A DNA stretch of 64,000 nucleotides. It comes from Candidatus Methanomethylophilaceae archaeon. Its GTDB lineage: Archaea; Thermoplasmatota; Thermoplasmata; Methanomassiliicoccales; Methanomethylophilaceae. The position numbers were made by a program, and so were the translations under genes. This document shows, piece after piece, positions 11,943 to 22,084 of this stretch; position 1 is the stretch's first letter, and every line of letters begins with the position of its first letter. A model generated the notes under the pieces. The model saw only the letters and a list, made by a program, of their open reading frames with translations. It was not told where the DNA came from and made no database searches. The stretch covers positions 320,001 through 384,000 of the forward strand of contig CALUHR010000013.1 in NCBI GenBank assembly GCA_944320495.1. Reading direction: 5' to 3'.

Positions 11943-13148
11943 TCAGCCGAACATGTAGGCCGGAGCGGGCTTGACCTTGTTCCTTCCCGCCTCGGTCACC
12001 TTCTCCTTCGCCCTGACGAAGTCGTCCTGGGTGATGGTGTCCCTGTTGTCACGGATGGCCAGCATACCGGCCTCGGTGCAGATGTTCTTTATCTCCGCTC
12101 CGGAGAAGCCGTCGGTCATCTCGGCGAGTCCGTTGGAGGACACGTCGTCGGCGATGCTCATGTGCCTGAGGTTGATCTCGAAGATCTGCCTCCTGCCGTC
12201 GATGTCGGGCAGTCCGACGTCGATGATCCTGTCGAACCTGCCAGGCCTGAGCAGGGCGTCGTCGAGGATGTCGGGTCTGTTGGTGGCGCCGATGATCTTG
12301 ACGTCGCTGGTGGGGGTGAACCCGTCCAGCTCGGAGAGGAGCTGCATGAGGGTCCTCTGGACCTCGCGGTCGCCGGAGGTGGCGACGTCGAGACGCTTCG
12401 CGCCCACGGAGTCAAGCTCGTCGATGAAGATGATGCTGGGCGCCTTGTCCTTGGCGAGCTGGAACAGCTCGCGGACGAGCCTGGCACCCTCTCCGATGTA
12501 CTTCTGCACGAGCTCGGATCCGACCAGTCTGATGAAGGTGGCCTGGGTGGCGTTGGCGACGGCCTTGGCCATGAGGGTCTTTCCGGTTCCCGGGGGTCCG
12601 ACCAGCAGCACGCCCTTCGGGGGCTCGATCCCGACCTTCTTGTAGAGCTCGGGCCTGAGGAGCGGATCCTCCACGGCCTCCCTGAGCTCGAGCATCTGCT
12701 GCTTGAGTCCGCCGATGTCGTCGTAGGTGACCTCGGGCTTGTCGATGATCTCCGCACCGGACACGACGGGGTCCACGGGCGACGGGAGCACCTCCATCAG
12801 GGAGAGCGTCTGCTTGTTCAGCGACACCCTGGACCCGGGTATGAGGTCCTCCTGGGGCACGTACTCGGACACGGTGACGACGAAATCGGGTCCGGTGGAG
12901 CTCTTGACGACCACGCGGTTGTTGGGGAGGACGTCCCTGAGGGAAGCGATGATGAGCGGGGGGCTCTTCAGCCTCTCGAGCTCGTTCCTGAGCCTGGAGA
13001 GGTCCTTCTGCAGCCTGAAGAGCTCGCTCTCGGAATAGCGCTTCTCGGTCTCGGCGTTCTGGAGGTCCTCCATCAGTCTGACGTTCCTCTCCTCGAGGGT
13101 GACAATCTTGGCCTTCAGCTCCGCCATGTCGTCGTTCTCGCCCGTCAT
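11943..13148 (-). CDS. pan: Proteasome-activating nucleotidase
   Basis: N-terminal coiled coil, [26 protein letters not shown] and RPGRFDR motifs. Confidence 0.97.
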   Translation of the reverse strand: MTGENDDMAELKAKIVTLEERNVRLMEDLQNAETEKRYSESELFRLQKDLSRLRNELERLKSPPLIIASLRDVLPNNRVVVKSSTGPDFVVTVSEYVPQEDLIPGSRVSLNKQTLSLMEVLPSPVDPVVSGAEIIDKPEVTYDDIGGLKQQMLELREAVEDPLLRPELYKKVGIEPPKGVLLVGPPGTGKTLMAKAVANATQATFIRLVGSELVQKYIGEGARLVRELFQLAKDKAPSIIFIDELDSVGAKRLDVATSGDREVQRTLMQLLSELDGFTPTSDVKIIGATNRPDILDDALLRPGRFDRIIDVGLPDIDGRRQIFEINLRHMSIADDVSSNGLAEMTDGFSGAEIKNICTEAGMLAIRDNRDTITQDDFVRAKEKVTEAGRNKVKPAPAYMFG

Positions 13149-13271
13149 ATGCTCTCCCGGAGGTCACGGAAGAGGTTCGTTATAACCGTTGCCCATTTTA
13201 AGTAAGGTTAAGAGCGCCCGTGCGCGGCTCTTCCGCGAAGTAATATATCGCTCTCCGTTGTTGGAGTGCGC

Positions 13272-13763
13272 ATGATATGCGAGATGTGCGGAAAGACCGT
13301 CCCTCAGACCCGCGAGGTCATCGTGGGGGGCGCCAGACTGAACGTCTGCCTCAACTGCGCCAAATTCGGCGAGGCCACCGGCGCGTCCGCGTCCAGGCCC
13401 GGGGCTCCCGTGACCCAGGCCGTCATCGACCAGAGGCTGGAGAGGCGCGAGAGGCGCATGCAGTCCAAGGACATCTACGTCGGCACCACGACCATCGAGA
13501 TCGTCGAGGACTACGGAGGCGTCATCAGGAGGGCCCGCGAGGCCAAGGGCATGGACCTCAAGACGTTCGCCAACGAGATCCAGGAGAAGCAGGGCCTGCT
13601 CGCCAAGGTAGAGGCCAACAACCAGGTCCCCGACGACAAGCTCATCAAGAAGATCGAGAAGGCCCTCGACATCAAGCTGACCGAGGCCGTCCAGTCCGGA
13701 GGGACCATGGGCGGAGGCCGCTCGGACGGCATGACCCTGGGCAACTTCATCAAGAGGGAGTGA
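13272..13763 (+). CDS. mbf1: Archaeal multiprotein bridging factor aMBF1
   Basis: N-terminal CEMCG...VCLNC Zn ribbon, Cro-type HTH and terminal TLGNFIK. Confidence 0.9.
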   Translation: MICEMCGKTVPQTREVIVGGARLNVCLNCAKFGEATGASASRPGAPVTQAVIDQRLERRERRMQSKDIYVGTTTIEIVEDYGGVIRRAREAKGMDLKTFANEIQEKQGLLAKVEANNQVPDDKLIKKIEKALDIKLTEAVQSGGTMGGGRSDGMTLGNFIKRE

Positions 13764-14247
13764 TCCCGGATCCGCGGATCCAGGAGCGCACCCTATCCAC
13801 ATGGGGCGCGATGTCGACCCCCGCGTCGCGGAGCGCGATGAGCGCAGCGGCGGAGATGTCGATGCCGAGGTCCCTGTGGATGCGGTTGCTCTCCTGGATG
13901 AACTCCCTGCGCTGGACCCCCGCCTCTGCGGCCGCGGACACCAGCGAGGGGAACGGGTCCCCTCCCTCATCCTTCTGTGTCTGGCACTTCGTCTCGAGGA
14001 TGTCCCTCGGCGGGCGGTACCCGAGGGGGATCTCCGTCCCCGACAGGTCCCCGGACGGGCGCACGTATCCGTCCCTGACATCGACCGTTCCGCATCTCCT
14101 GAGCACCTCCAGCAGGGTCTTCGCCTCTGAAGGCGAGAACCACTTCTGCCCCAGCGATACCTCCATGACGAACTCGTCCACCGTGGCGACGTCCTTGCCC
14201 AGTATGCGGAAAAGCGCGGCGGCGCAGAGCCGGATCTCCTCTGTCAT
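13750..14247 (-). CDS. DUF2240-family protein
   Basis: SLGQKWFSPSEAKTLL and IPLGYRP resemble the archaeal DUF2240 family. Confidence 0.75.
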   Translation of the reverse strand: MTEEIRLCAAALFRILGKDVATVDEFVMEVSLGQKWFSPSEAKTLLEVLRRCGTVDVRDGYVRPSGDLSGTEIPLGYRPPRDILETKCQTQKDEGGDPFPSLVSAAAEAGVQRREFIQESNRIHRDLGIDISAAALIALRDAGVDIAPHVDRVRSWIRGSGITPS

Positions 14248-14390
14248 GCCCCGCGTCACCCCGTCCCCCGTCATAACCGTTGCGCTCATCTTCTATATAC
14301 GCGCGCACGTTGTTTGTTATTGACACTAACTGGGGCGGAAACGCTTATATCCAACATGGGGATTGGGGCGCATCCCACTTGGTGATAAAC

Positions 14391-14561
14391 ATGAACTACA
14401 CCAGATTCGAGAAGGCCAGGATCATCGGCGCCAGGTCACTGCAGATCTCCTACGGCGCCCCCGTCCTCGTGGACTATCCCGAGACCATGCTCGATCCCAT
14501 CGACATCGCGATGCTGGAGTTCAAGCAGGACATGATCCCTATCACCGTCGTGAAGAACTGA
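14391..14561 (+). CDS. rpoK: RNA polymerase subunit K (Rpo6)
   Basis: [21 protein letters not shown] motif. Confidence 0.96.
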   Translation: MNYTRFEKARIIGARSLQISYGAPVLVDYPETMLDPIDIAMLEFKQDMIPITVVKN

Positions 14562-14575
14562 AAGAGGTTATCACA

Positions 14576-15208
14576 ATGGCAGACGACGACATTCAGCCGA
14601 TAGACAGCAACGACCTTCTGGTGCCCGAGGAGACCTACCTCACCTCCGGTGTCCACATCGGAACCCAGCAGAAGTCCGCCGACATGAAGGACTTCATCTA
14701 CAAGGTCAGGACCGACGGACTCTACGTCCTCGACATCAAGAAGACCGACGACAGGATCAGGGCCGCCGCCTCGTTCCTCGCCCGCTTCAACCCCAACAGG
14801 GTCCTCGTCGTCTGCGCCAGGCAGTACGGTCAGAAGCCCGCCAGGGAGTTCTCCAAGGCCATCGGCGCCCCCGCCTTCGCCGGAAGGTTCGTCCCCGGAA
14901 CCCTGACCAACCCCGCCAACCCCAACTTCATCGAGCCCGAGGTCCTGGTCATCACCGACCCGTCCGCGGACAAGCAGGCCCTCAACGAGGCCCTGAACCT
15001 CGGCATCCCCATCGTCGCCCTGTGCGACGCCAACAACGAGACCCGCAACGTCGACCTCGTCATTCCCACCAACAACAAGGGAAGGCGCGCCCTGGCCTGC
15101 ATCTACTGGCTGCTCTCCAGGCAGGTCCTCGTCGACAGGGGCGACCTCAAGGACCCCGAGGACTTCCGCATGGAGATCGAGGACTTCGAGGCCAAGCTGG
15201 TCATGTGA
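14576..15208 (+). CDS. rps2: 30S ribosomal protein S2
   Basis: [25 protein letters not shown] and [12 protein letters not shown] motifs. Confidence 0.98.
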   Translation: MADDDIQPIDSNDLLVPEETYLTSGVHIGTQQKSADMKDFIYKVRTDGLYVLDIKKTDDRIRAAASFLARFNPNRVLVVCARQYGQKPAREFSKAIGAPAFAGRFVPGTLTNPANPNFIEPEVLVITDPSADKQALNEALNLGIPIVALCDANNETRNVDLVIPTNNKGRRALACIYWLLSRQVLVDRGDLKDPEDFRMEIEDFEAKLVM

Positions 15209-15264
15209 GGTCCCCTCGGGACCCTCCAAACAAACTTCTTAACAAACCCCCTTACCCCTTCTCC

Positions 15265-16083
15265 ATGAGACAACCTGCAGTGGCGGGACGCTTCTACCCC
15301 GCCGGACGCGAAGCCCTCGTCGAGGCCATCGAGACATGCTTCACCCATCCGCTCGGACCCGGCATGCCCGGTCCGTCCACGGGCGAGAGGAGGGTCCGCG
15401 GCATCATGGTCCCGCACGCAGGATACATGATCTCCGGCCCCAACGCGGCCCATGCGTTCCGCAGGCTGGCGGAGGACGGGAGGCCCGACGCCTACGTCGT
15501 GATAGGACCGGACCACCACGGCACGTGCCGCGGCAGAAACGTCCTGTGCTCGGACCCCTACCTCACGCCGCTGGGGGAGTGCCCCGTGCACGAGGACATC
15601 TGCAGGAGGCTGGCCATGTCCATCCCCGACGAGCCGGAGTGCCACGTCTTCGAGCACTCCGTGGAGGTGGAGGTCCCGTTCATCCAGTACATCGACCCGG
15701 ATGCCAGAGTCGTCCCGATCATCATGGGGGACCAGTCCCCGCAGGGCGCGATGGCCCTGGCACATGCCCTCCGCGAGGCCTGCGAGGGGTACGACGTAGT
15801 CTTCGTTGCGTCCACGGATATGTCCCACTACATCCCCAAGGACGAGGCCGAGAGGCTGGACTCCATGGTCCTGGACAGGGTCCGCGCCATGGACTGGGAG
15901 GGGGTGTACCGCACCGTGGCGGCCAACGACATCTCCATGTGCGGGTACGGTCCGACCGCGACGGTCATGATGCTCTGCGAGGGATGCGCCCCCGAGGGAG
16001 TACTACATACGGACTCGTACGACGCTCTGGGCCTCGACAGAGGTTCAGTGGTCGGATACGGATCCGCGACCTTCGTCTCCTGA
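15265..16083 (+). CDS. MEMO1-family protein (AmmeMemoRadiSam protein B)
   Basis: RQPAVAGRFYP, PHAGY, EHSVEV, ASTDMSHY and SMCGYGP motifs. Confidence 0.93.
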   Translation: MRQPAVAGRFYPAGREALVEAIETCFTHPLGPGMPGPSTGERRVRGIMVPHAGYMISGPNAAHAFRRLAEDGRPDAYVVIGPDHHGTCRGRNVLCSDPYLTPLGECPVHEDICRRLAMSIPDEPECHVFEHSVEVEVPFIQYIDPDARVVPIIMGDQSPQGAMALAHALREACEGYDVVFVASTDMSHYIPKDEAERLDSMVLDRVRAMDWEGVYRTVAANDISMCGYGPTATVMMLCEGCAPEGVLHTDSYDALGLDRGSVVGYGSATFVS

Positions 16084-16120
16084 CCGCCTGGTTTAAGTCT
16101 GGCGCTGTCGATTTCAGCTC

Positions 16121-16690
16121 ATGGAAGCAGACAATCAGAACTTCTGCACCCGCTGCGGGCACATGCTGTCCGAATCGGCCAGGTTCTGCCCCGAATGCGG
16201 CGCCAGGGTCCCCGGGAGGAACCCGGAGCAGGTGGAGGAGGAGAAGCAGGCCATACGTTCCGCCATGGACCGCCAGCTCAGATGGGCGGCGATCCTGATG
16301 ATCATCTACTCGGTCCCCTTCCTGGTGATCGGCGTCTACACAGCGTTCAGTGTGGAGTCCATGGCGGACCTCGTGGTCAACGATCCCAACTTCTCGTCCT
16401 ACGCGGACGCGTACGGCCTGACCTACGACGAGGTCTGCGAATACTTCGAGTACGCCGGCTACGCGTTCATCCTCTCGTCCGTCCTCGGACTGATCTCGGC
16501 CCTATGCTGCTGGAAGAGGTCCCACTTCTGGGTGGCGCTCGTGTTCTGCATCCTCTCGGTCTTCACCGGAGCGGCAGGATTCGTGGCCATGTTCATGGGC
16601 CTCATCGCCCTCTGGATGATAATCGCCGCCAGGGGCAGGTTCGTGGAGTACGAGAAGAACTTCGAGGAGATCCTCTCGAAGATCGAGTGA
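16121..16690 (+). CDS. Zinc-ribbon membrane protein
   Basis: FCTRCG...FCPECG ribbon followed by several TM helices. Confidence 0.8.
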   Translation: MEADNQNFCTRCGHMLSESARFCPECGARVPGRNPEQVEEEKQAIRSAMDRQLRWAAILMIIYSVPFLVIGVYTAFSVESMADLVVNDPNFSSYADAYGLTYDEVCEYFEYAGYAFILSSVLGLISALCCWKRSHFWVALVFCILSVFTGAAGFVAMFMGLIALWMIIAARGRFVEYEKNFEEILSKIE

Positions 16691-16716
16691 CCCCGCCCGT
16701 GTAAAGAAATGATTTT

Positions 16717-16742
16717 GCCGGACCCCTCAACGGGGGTCCGGC
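16717..16742. terminator. Hairpin between convergent genes
   Basis: GCCGGACCCC-6 nt loop-GGGGTCCGGC, a perfect 10-bp stem between two stop codons. Confidence 0.55.
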
Positions 16743-16750
16743 GTTCCCCC

Positions 16751-17677
16751 TCAGATGAGTTTCAGATATCTGAGGTTGGGCTCGTAGACGAGCCCCTTGT
16801 CCATGAGGATGTTGGAGATCTCCTCGAGCTCGATGGCCGATATCCCCTCGGCCTCAGCGCGCCTCTCCAGCTCGTCGCGTGGTGCGCCCTTGCCGTCGGT
16901 GTCCAGCTCCTCCAGCAGGGAGAGCACGATGTCCTCCATCTGGCCGTGGTTCACGGCACCGCCGGACTCGTCGCCGTCGATGTCGATCTCGTCCGGCATG
17001 TCCTGCATGCCCTCGGGGAACCCGAAGTCGACGTCCTTCTCGGGCAGGAGTCTGCGGAGGGCGTTCTGGATGGTCTTCAGGTACACGGACGAGTCGGGCA
17101 TCTCCCCGTAATTGTCGAGCGCGTAGAGCATGCCCTCGGCCTGCACCGGGCTCATGCCCATCTTGATGAGGTCCGGGACCTTGGCATCGGGGAGCGACAC
17201 GACCTGCTTCATCCACTTGAGCCTGGCCCATGCGGACTGGGCGGTGTCCAGGAGCCACTCGTTGAGGGTGGACTCGTCGATCCTTATGATGCGCTCCGGA
17301 CGGACGGACACGAAGGTCCTTCCGTCGTCGGTGGTGTATGTGCGGACCCTTCCCACCGCGGCGACGAAGCACGGGGGCTCCAGGTCGGCCATGGCGGCCA
17401 TGGCGTCGGGCTGGTACCTTCCTACGTTGAGGAAGAACTGCCCGTTGACGTCCTGGATCCTGCCCCTCCAGAGGGGCTCCTCGGGGGTGCCGCTGTTGGC
17501 CTTCTCGGTGAGGGTGCCGGCCACCAGGACCCTGTTGATCTTCGCTCCCAGGGGCGAGACGACGTAGGACGGCATCTTCTCCTCGGTGGCCTTGATCTCG
17601 AGGGTGGACGTGTTGAGTTCGTTGGCGAAAACCCTCCATGCGGTCTCCCGCGGGTTCGCCTTCCCGTTCCCGTTCAT
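16751..17677 (-). CDS. RPA-associated protein (OB fold plus C-terminal winged helix)
   Basis: RETAWRVFA, VVSPLGAKINRVLVAG and terminal KGLVYEP motifs; coupled to the upstream RPA gene. Confidence 0.85.
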   Translation of the reverse strand: MNGNGKANPRETAWRVFANELNTSTLEIKATEEKMPSYVVSPLGAKINRVLVAGTLTEKANSGTPEEPLWRGRIQDVNGQFFLNVGRYQPDAMAAMADLEPPCFVAAVGRVRTYTTDDGRTFVSVRPERIIRIDESTLNEWLLDTAQSAWARLKWMKQVVSLPDAKVPDLIKMGMSPVQAEGMLYALDNYGEMPDSSVYLKTIQNALRRLLPEKDVDFGFPEGMQDMPDEIDIDGDESGGAVNHGQMEDIVLSLLEELDTDGKGAPRDELERRAEAEGISAIELEEISNILMDKGLVYEPNLRYLKLI

Positions 17678-18993
17678 ATCGCCGCCTCCACCTCTGCGAG
17701 GAGCTTCTCCGCTTCCGCCTGGACGTCGACCTCGACGGGCTCGGCGGACCTGACGATCATGCTGGGTCCGAAGTCGTCGCTCATGACGTTGCCGGTGATG
17801 CGGACCTTGTGGAGCAGGATCCTCCCCATGAGCTCCCTGGCGACCACGCCCTCGCCCCTGGCGGAGGCGAGGCCCATGGCGGCGTTCATCGACACGCCGG
17901 TGAGCTTCTCGGTGTCCGTGCGGTTGACGATGGCCCCGATCGCGCCGGTGCCGTCGTCCACCACGAGCTTCATCCTGAGGTCGGAGATGCCCTCGACCTC
18001 TCCGTGGACGGTGCAGACGCCGCCCGCCATGAGGGAGCGGTTGCACTGGGGGCACCTCTTGATGAGGCCGCTCCCGTTCTTCATGTCCACGACCACGCCC
18101 TCGACGGTGATGTCGAGGCCGCCGCCGATCCTGTTGATCTCGGCGATGGTCTTCTGGGAGTCGGCCGCCTCCACCTCGATGGTCTGGTTGACGCGCTCCA
18201 CGTCGGCGCGGTCGCCGATGTTCAGCTGGGGTATGCCCTTCCAGGAGCGGATGTAGCAGTTCTTGGCGCAGACCGTGAGCCCCTCCCTGAGGTCGAAGTC
18301 GTGCCATGCGGAGTACTGGATCTTCCCCGTCTCGTCGGCGATGATTCCGGAGTAGACGATCTTCTCCTCTCCGCGGCTGTTGATCCTCCTGGCCTCGACG
18401 GAGAGGATCTTTCCTGTGACGGTGACGTTTCCCATGCCCTCGCGGATGTCCCCGATCTTGACCTCGGTGGACGAGAGGGACGCGGTGCTGTTCGGCACGT
18501 CGATCTCGACACCGGGCGCGGCCTCGATCCTCCCGCGGTTGCCTATGTTGATCTGGACCCTCTCGTTCCAGAGCTTGCAGTAGCAGTTCCTGAAGTTGTA
18601 GACGGATCCCTTGTCCAGCTGGACGGATCCGGGCTCCCATACGGTGAACGACGCCGTGCCGGAGTCATCCCCCAGGATGCCTGACACGATGACCTTGCTG
18701 AGCCCCTTGACGGTGATGTTCTTCGTCTCCACGTAGACGATCTTCGCGAGGACGTCGACGTTCTGCTCCGTCCCGTTGAGGTCTGCGATCTTCTTGGTCG
18801 CGTTGGCAGCGGTGGCGGTCCCGGCGGTATCGGCGCCGTACTTCCTGATTATGCCGCGCTTGGCCGACACGATGTCGACGTGGTACTCGTTGAGGTACTT
18901 GTTCAGCTCCGCCTCCAGCGTCTCGTCGTCGATTCTGTCTCCGAGCACCCGTTTTATCTCTTCCATGTGGGGTGTTAGTTCTATCCTTTCCAT
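17674..18993 (-). CDS. rpa: Replication protein A (multi-OB-fold ssDNA-binding protein with Zn finger)
   Basis: Repeated OB folds (GILGDDSGT, GIIADETGKI, LVVDDGTG) and CPQCNR...CTVHG. Confidence 0.9.
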   Translation of the reverse strand: MERIELTPHMEEIKRVLGDRIDDETLEAELNKYLNEYHVDIVSAKRGIIRKYGADTAGTATAANATKKIADLNGTEQNVDVLAKIVYVETKNITVKGLSKVIVSGILGDDSGTASFTVWEPGSVQLDKGSVYNFRNCYCKLWNERVQINIGNRGRIEAAPGVEIDVPNSTASLSSTEVKIGDIREGMGNVTVTGKILSVEARRINSRGEEKIVYSGIIADETGKIQYSAWHDFDLREGLTVCAKNCYIRSWKGIPQLNIGDRADVERVNQTIEVEAADSQKTIAEINRIGGGLDITVEGVVVDMKNGSGLIKRCPQCNRSLMAGGVCTVHGEVEGISDLRMKLVVDDGTGAIGAIVNRTDTEKLTGVSMNAAMGLASARGEGVVARELMGRILLHKVRITGNVMSDDFGPSMIVRSAEPVEVDVQAEAEKLLAEVEAAI

Positions 18994-19110
18994 AGGATCG
19001 ACTCCTTGCGGACGAAGGGCAACTCGGTATTTAGGTTGTTTCAGAACTCTCGGGCAATGCGTTTTCGACGGGGACCGATTGGAGGATCGGCCCCTCGTCG
19101 AGGGTCTCTG

Positions 19111-19401
19111 TCACTCGTTCCTGGATCTGCGGATTCTGTCTACGATGCCTTTAGTGAACCCGTACCATATGATTCCGACGAACCCTATGATGGCCAGCAC
19201 CGTCAGTATCATCCCTATGAACATCACCATTTCGCCGTGGAAAGTCGGATAGTAGATGCTCTCGTACACGATGTACAGTATCCAATGGAGGTATGCTATC
19301 ACAATCAGGGACGCGCAGGTCAGGATCTTCGACGTGTTGTTCTCTGAGATGTCACCAACTCCTGTGGAGAGTGTCGTTTTGATACTGTTATATATAATCA
19401 T
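19111..19401 (-). CDS. Small hypothetical membrane protein in an AT-rich patch
   Basis: Two hydrophobic segments; start uncertain; no recognisable family. Confidence 0.45.
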   Translation of the reverse strand: MIIYNSIKTTLSTGVGDISENNTSKILTCASLIVIAYLHWILYIVYESIYYPTFHGEMVMFIGMILTVLAIIGFVGIIWYGFTKGIVDRIRRSRNE

Positions 19402-19580
19402 CCATATGATGTATCAAATTATTCAAATAAAATGTAGCTCAAATTAATTGGCTGTCCAGGTCGATGCGGTTCAATGAATGATCTGGTAGCCAACCCCTGC
19501 GCGTCGTCGGATCCAGATCCGTTCCGATTCATCCGTGATCTGGATACACGGATTTATATCGCTGAGCGCAATCCTCCCAT

Positions 19581-20654
19581 ATGGTCCCCAAGAGCAAGAT
19601 CGATGAGATTCTGGACGGGTACGATATGAGCGACATCACCATTGCGACTCTGTGCTCCCACTCGTCACTCCAGATCTTCCACGGCGCGAGGAAGATGGGC
19701 TTCAAGACTCTCGGGCTGACCGTGACGCACAGCACGAAGTACTACGACGCGTTCCCGCTGGCCAAGCCGGACGAGATCATCAAGTACTCCGACTTCGACG
19801 AGTTCGAGGAGCGCATAGGCGAGCTCCACGACAGGAACGTCATCATCATCCCCCATGGCTCGTTCGTGGAGTATTTCGGCCCCCGCAGGTTCGCCGAGCT
19901 CGAGGTCCCCTCCTACGGGAACCGTGCCGTCCTCGGATGGGAGTCGGACAGGGACAAGCAGAGGGAGTGGATCACGTCCGCCGGCGTGCCCATGCCCAAG
20001 CTGATCACCGATGCCAGGGAGATCAACGAGCCCGTCATGGTGAAGTACCATGGCGCAAAGGGCGGAAGGGGATACTTCATCGCCATGGACTATCCCGACT
20101 TCAAGATGTCAATCGACCCCAGCCAGCCGTACACCATCCAGGAGTACTGCCTGGGAACCAGGTACTACCTGCACTTCTTCTACGATCCGTACAAGACCGA
20201 CGGGTACAGGTGCGAGCAGGGAGGGTCCCTGGAGCTACTGTCCATCGACCGTCGTGACGAGTCCAACATCGACGAGATGTACAAGCTCGGGTCCATCGAG
20301 GAGTCCAAGAGGCACGGGCTCTACCCGTCCTTCGTCGTCACCGGCAACACGCCCGTCGTCCTGAGGGAGTCCCTCCTGCCGAGGGCCTTCGAGATGGGGG
20401 AGGCCGTCGTGAACAAGTCCTATGAGCTGTTCGGCGGCATGTGGGGCCCGTTCTGCCTTGAGACCGTCGTCAACGACAAGCTCCAGTTCAAGGTCTTCGA
20501 GATCTCCACGAGGATCGTCGCGGGAACAAACCCGTTCATCTCCGGGTCCCCGTACGCCGACCTCATCTATCCCGGTCTGAGCACAGGTGCCAGGCTGGCC
20601 ATGGAGATCAGGGACTCCATCCCGCAGGGTCACCTCAAGGACATCATGTCCTGA
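19581..20654 (+). CDS. purP: Formate-dependent AICAR transformylase PurP (ATP-grasp)
   Basis: IATLCSHSSLQIFHGA, GAKGGRGYF, GPFCLE and FEISTRIVAGTN motifs. Confidence 0.95.
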   Translation: MVPKSKIDEILDGYDMSDITIATLCSHSSLQIFHGARKMGFKTLGLTVTHSTKYYDAFPLAKPDEIIKYSDFDEFEERIGELHDRNVIIIPHGSFVEYFGPRRFAELEVPSYGNRAVLGWESDRDKQREWITSAGVPMPKLITDAREINEPVMVKYHGAKGGRGYFIAMDYPDFKMSIDPSQPYTIQEYCLGTRYYLHFFYDPYKTDGYRCEQGGSLELLSIDRRDESNIDEMYKLGSIEESKRHGLYPSFVVTGNTPVVLRESLLPRAFEMGEAVVNKSYELFGGMWGPFCLETVVNDKLQFKVFEISTRIVAGTNPFISGSPYADLIYPGLSTGARLAMEIRDSIPQGHLKDIMS

Positions 20655-20794
20655 TCGCGGACCCGTGAGCGGGGACCTCCGGGTCGGGAGGCCGAATGGG
20701 CAACTCCCTTCCCCGAGGATCGGAACCAGGGGGTTGTACGCCCCTGCTCCCGGGAGGTGTCCATGTCATGAGGTACTAGGACACCTTGTGCATG

Positions 20795-21450
20795 TCGCAC
20801 CCGATCCTGGAGGGCAGGCGACGCGGCATCATCGCCTCCGACGTTCCAGAACATCCTGAGCATATCGCTGAGGCCTGTCTCCAGGCTCTTCCTGAGTCCC
20901 ATCCTCTTTGCATCGGAGCAGATTCGAATAAGGTTCTTGATGATGTCTTCGTCATCCTGGACGAGTCCTATGCTGATCGGTCCGTTATTGGTGTTGAGCA
21001 CTCTGTCGTGACGTTCAGGTCGAACACGATGCGCGGATCCAGGCGATTCTGGATGATGTCATCTATGAGATCGAACATGCCGTTGTAATCGTCCGCCGAC
21101 TCGTCGGTGACGCCCCAGTCGCACTTCTCCATGCAGAACATCAGGAAATCCAGGAAGTCATAGGCCGCCTCGTCTCCGCCCAGTTTGATGAAGCTCTCCA
21201 GATCCCGGCAGAACTTCTCGGCCATGCGTTTGCGGAACATATCTCTCTCGCATCCGCAAAGGCACTGGTTGATGCGGATGCGGGTCTCCTCCCTGTCCAG
21301 CAGGGACCCCTCCTTCGCGAGCTTCTCCAGTGTCTCCATCACGGTGTCGTAGCCCAGCTTCTCGGCGAGGCAGATTACGATCCTCTTGAACATGCAGTGG
21401 TTCATTGTGTTCGTGATATCCTCAATAACAAGTGCATCACAGTAATCCAT
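20795..21450 (-). pseudogene. Helical hypothetical protein split by a frameshift near 21003-21010; probable end at CGA 20795-20797
   Basis: Two overlapping protein-like ORFs (20968-21450 and 20630-21001) join if one base is restored at GTC ACG AC AGA GTG CTC. Confidence 0.5.
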
Positions 21451-21627
21451 ATTTGATGAATCATGAATGCGGATTTAATTCTGTTTTTCTAAACAACAAT
21501 AAAACGTTTGCAGACAATCGTTTGGATTGTCAGACGCAATTTGACAATCGTGGACCCGCCCGGGATTTCCCTGGCGGGTCCGGAAGAATGGAATGTGCCG
21601 GACGTCCCCGTCCGGCGTTCGATGAAC

Positions 21628-22070
21628 TCAGGATGCCTCTTCGGACATCCGGGCGCGCCTCTGCTCGTTCAGCACCTTCAGGCCCTCCGCCATCAGGAAC
21701 ACAGCCAGCACGAACAGTAGGGCGGATATCACGAGCTGGGCCGCCGCGACCCCGTCGAATCCCATCGAGAGGTCCCCTATCTTCGACCACATCGTGAGCA
21801 CAAGCGATGAGAGGGTGGCCGCTAGCATGAACATCATCGGGATGTAGATCATCCTGTTGTTCTTGCCGATGTTTCCAAGCCAGGCGCATACGGCGAGCAG
21901 GGCGAGGACTGCCAGAAGCTGGTTGACGCCCCTGACGAGCAGGTACTTCTCGCCGCGGGAGTGGAACTCCGCCCTGGCGACCAGATCCCCTCGTCGCAGG
22001 GGCTCACGTCGTAATACCCGGAGTAAGATCTCATCAGACGGTCGACCGCGGCTCCGACATCCCGTTCCAT
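21628..22070 (-). pseudogene. Chimeric remnant: frameshifted N-terminus of a hypothetical gene joined in frame to the C-terminus of carbon starvation protein CstA
   Basis: ...RAEFHSRGEKYLLVRG|VNQLLAVLALLAVCAWLGNIGKNNRMIYIPMMFMLAATL...; the NQLLA.LAL motif is recalled from the CstA C-terminus. Frameshift at a C4 run, 21987-21990. Confidence 0.6.
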
Positions 22071-22084
22071 GGTCCGCACCGTTC

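Noticed and set aside
20968-20970. Pyrrolysine readthrough at the TAG ending the 20968-21450 ORF
   Set aside because: The same frame downstream is not protein-like; a frameshift just upstream explains the continuation better.
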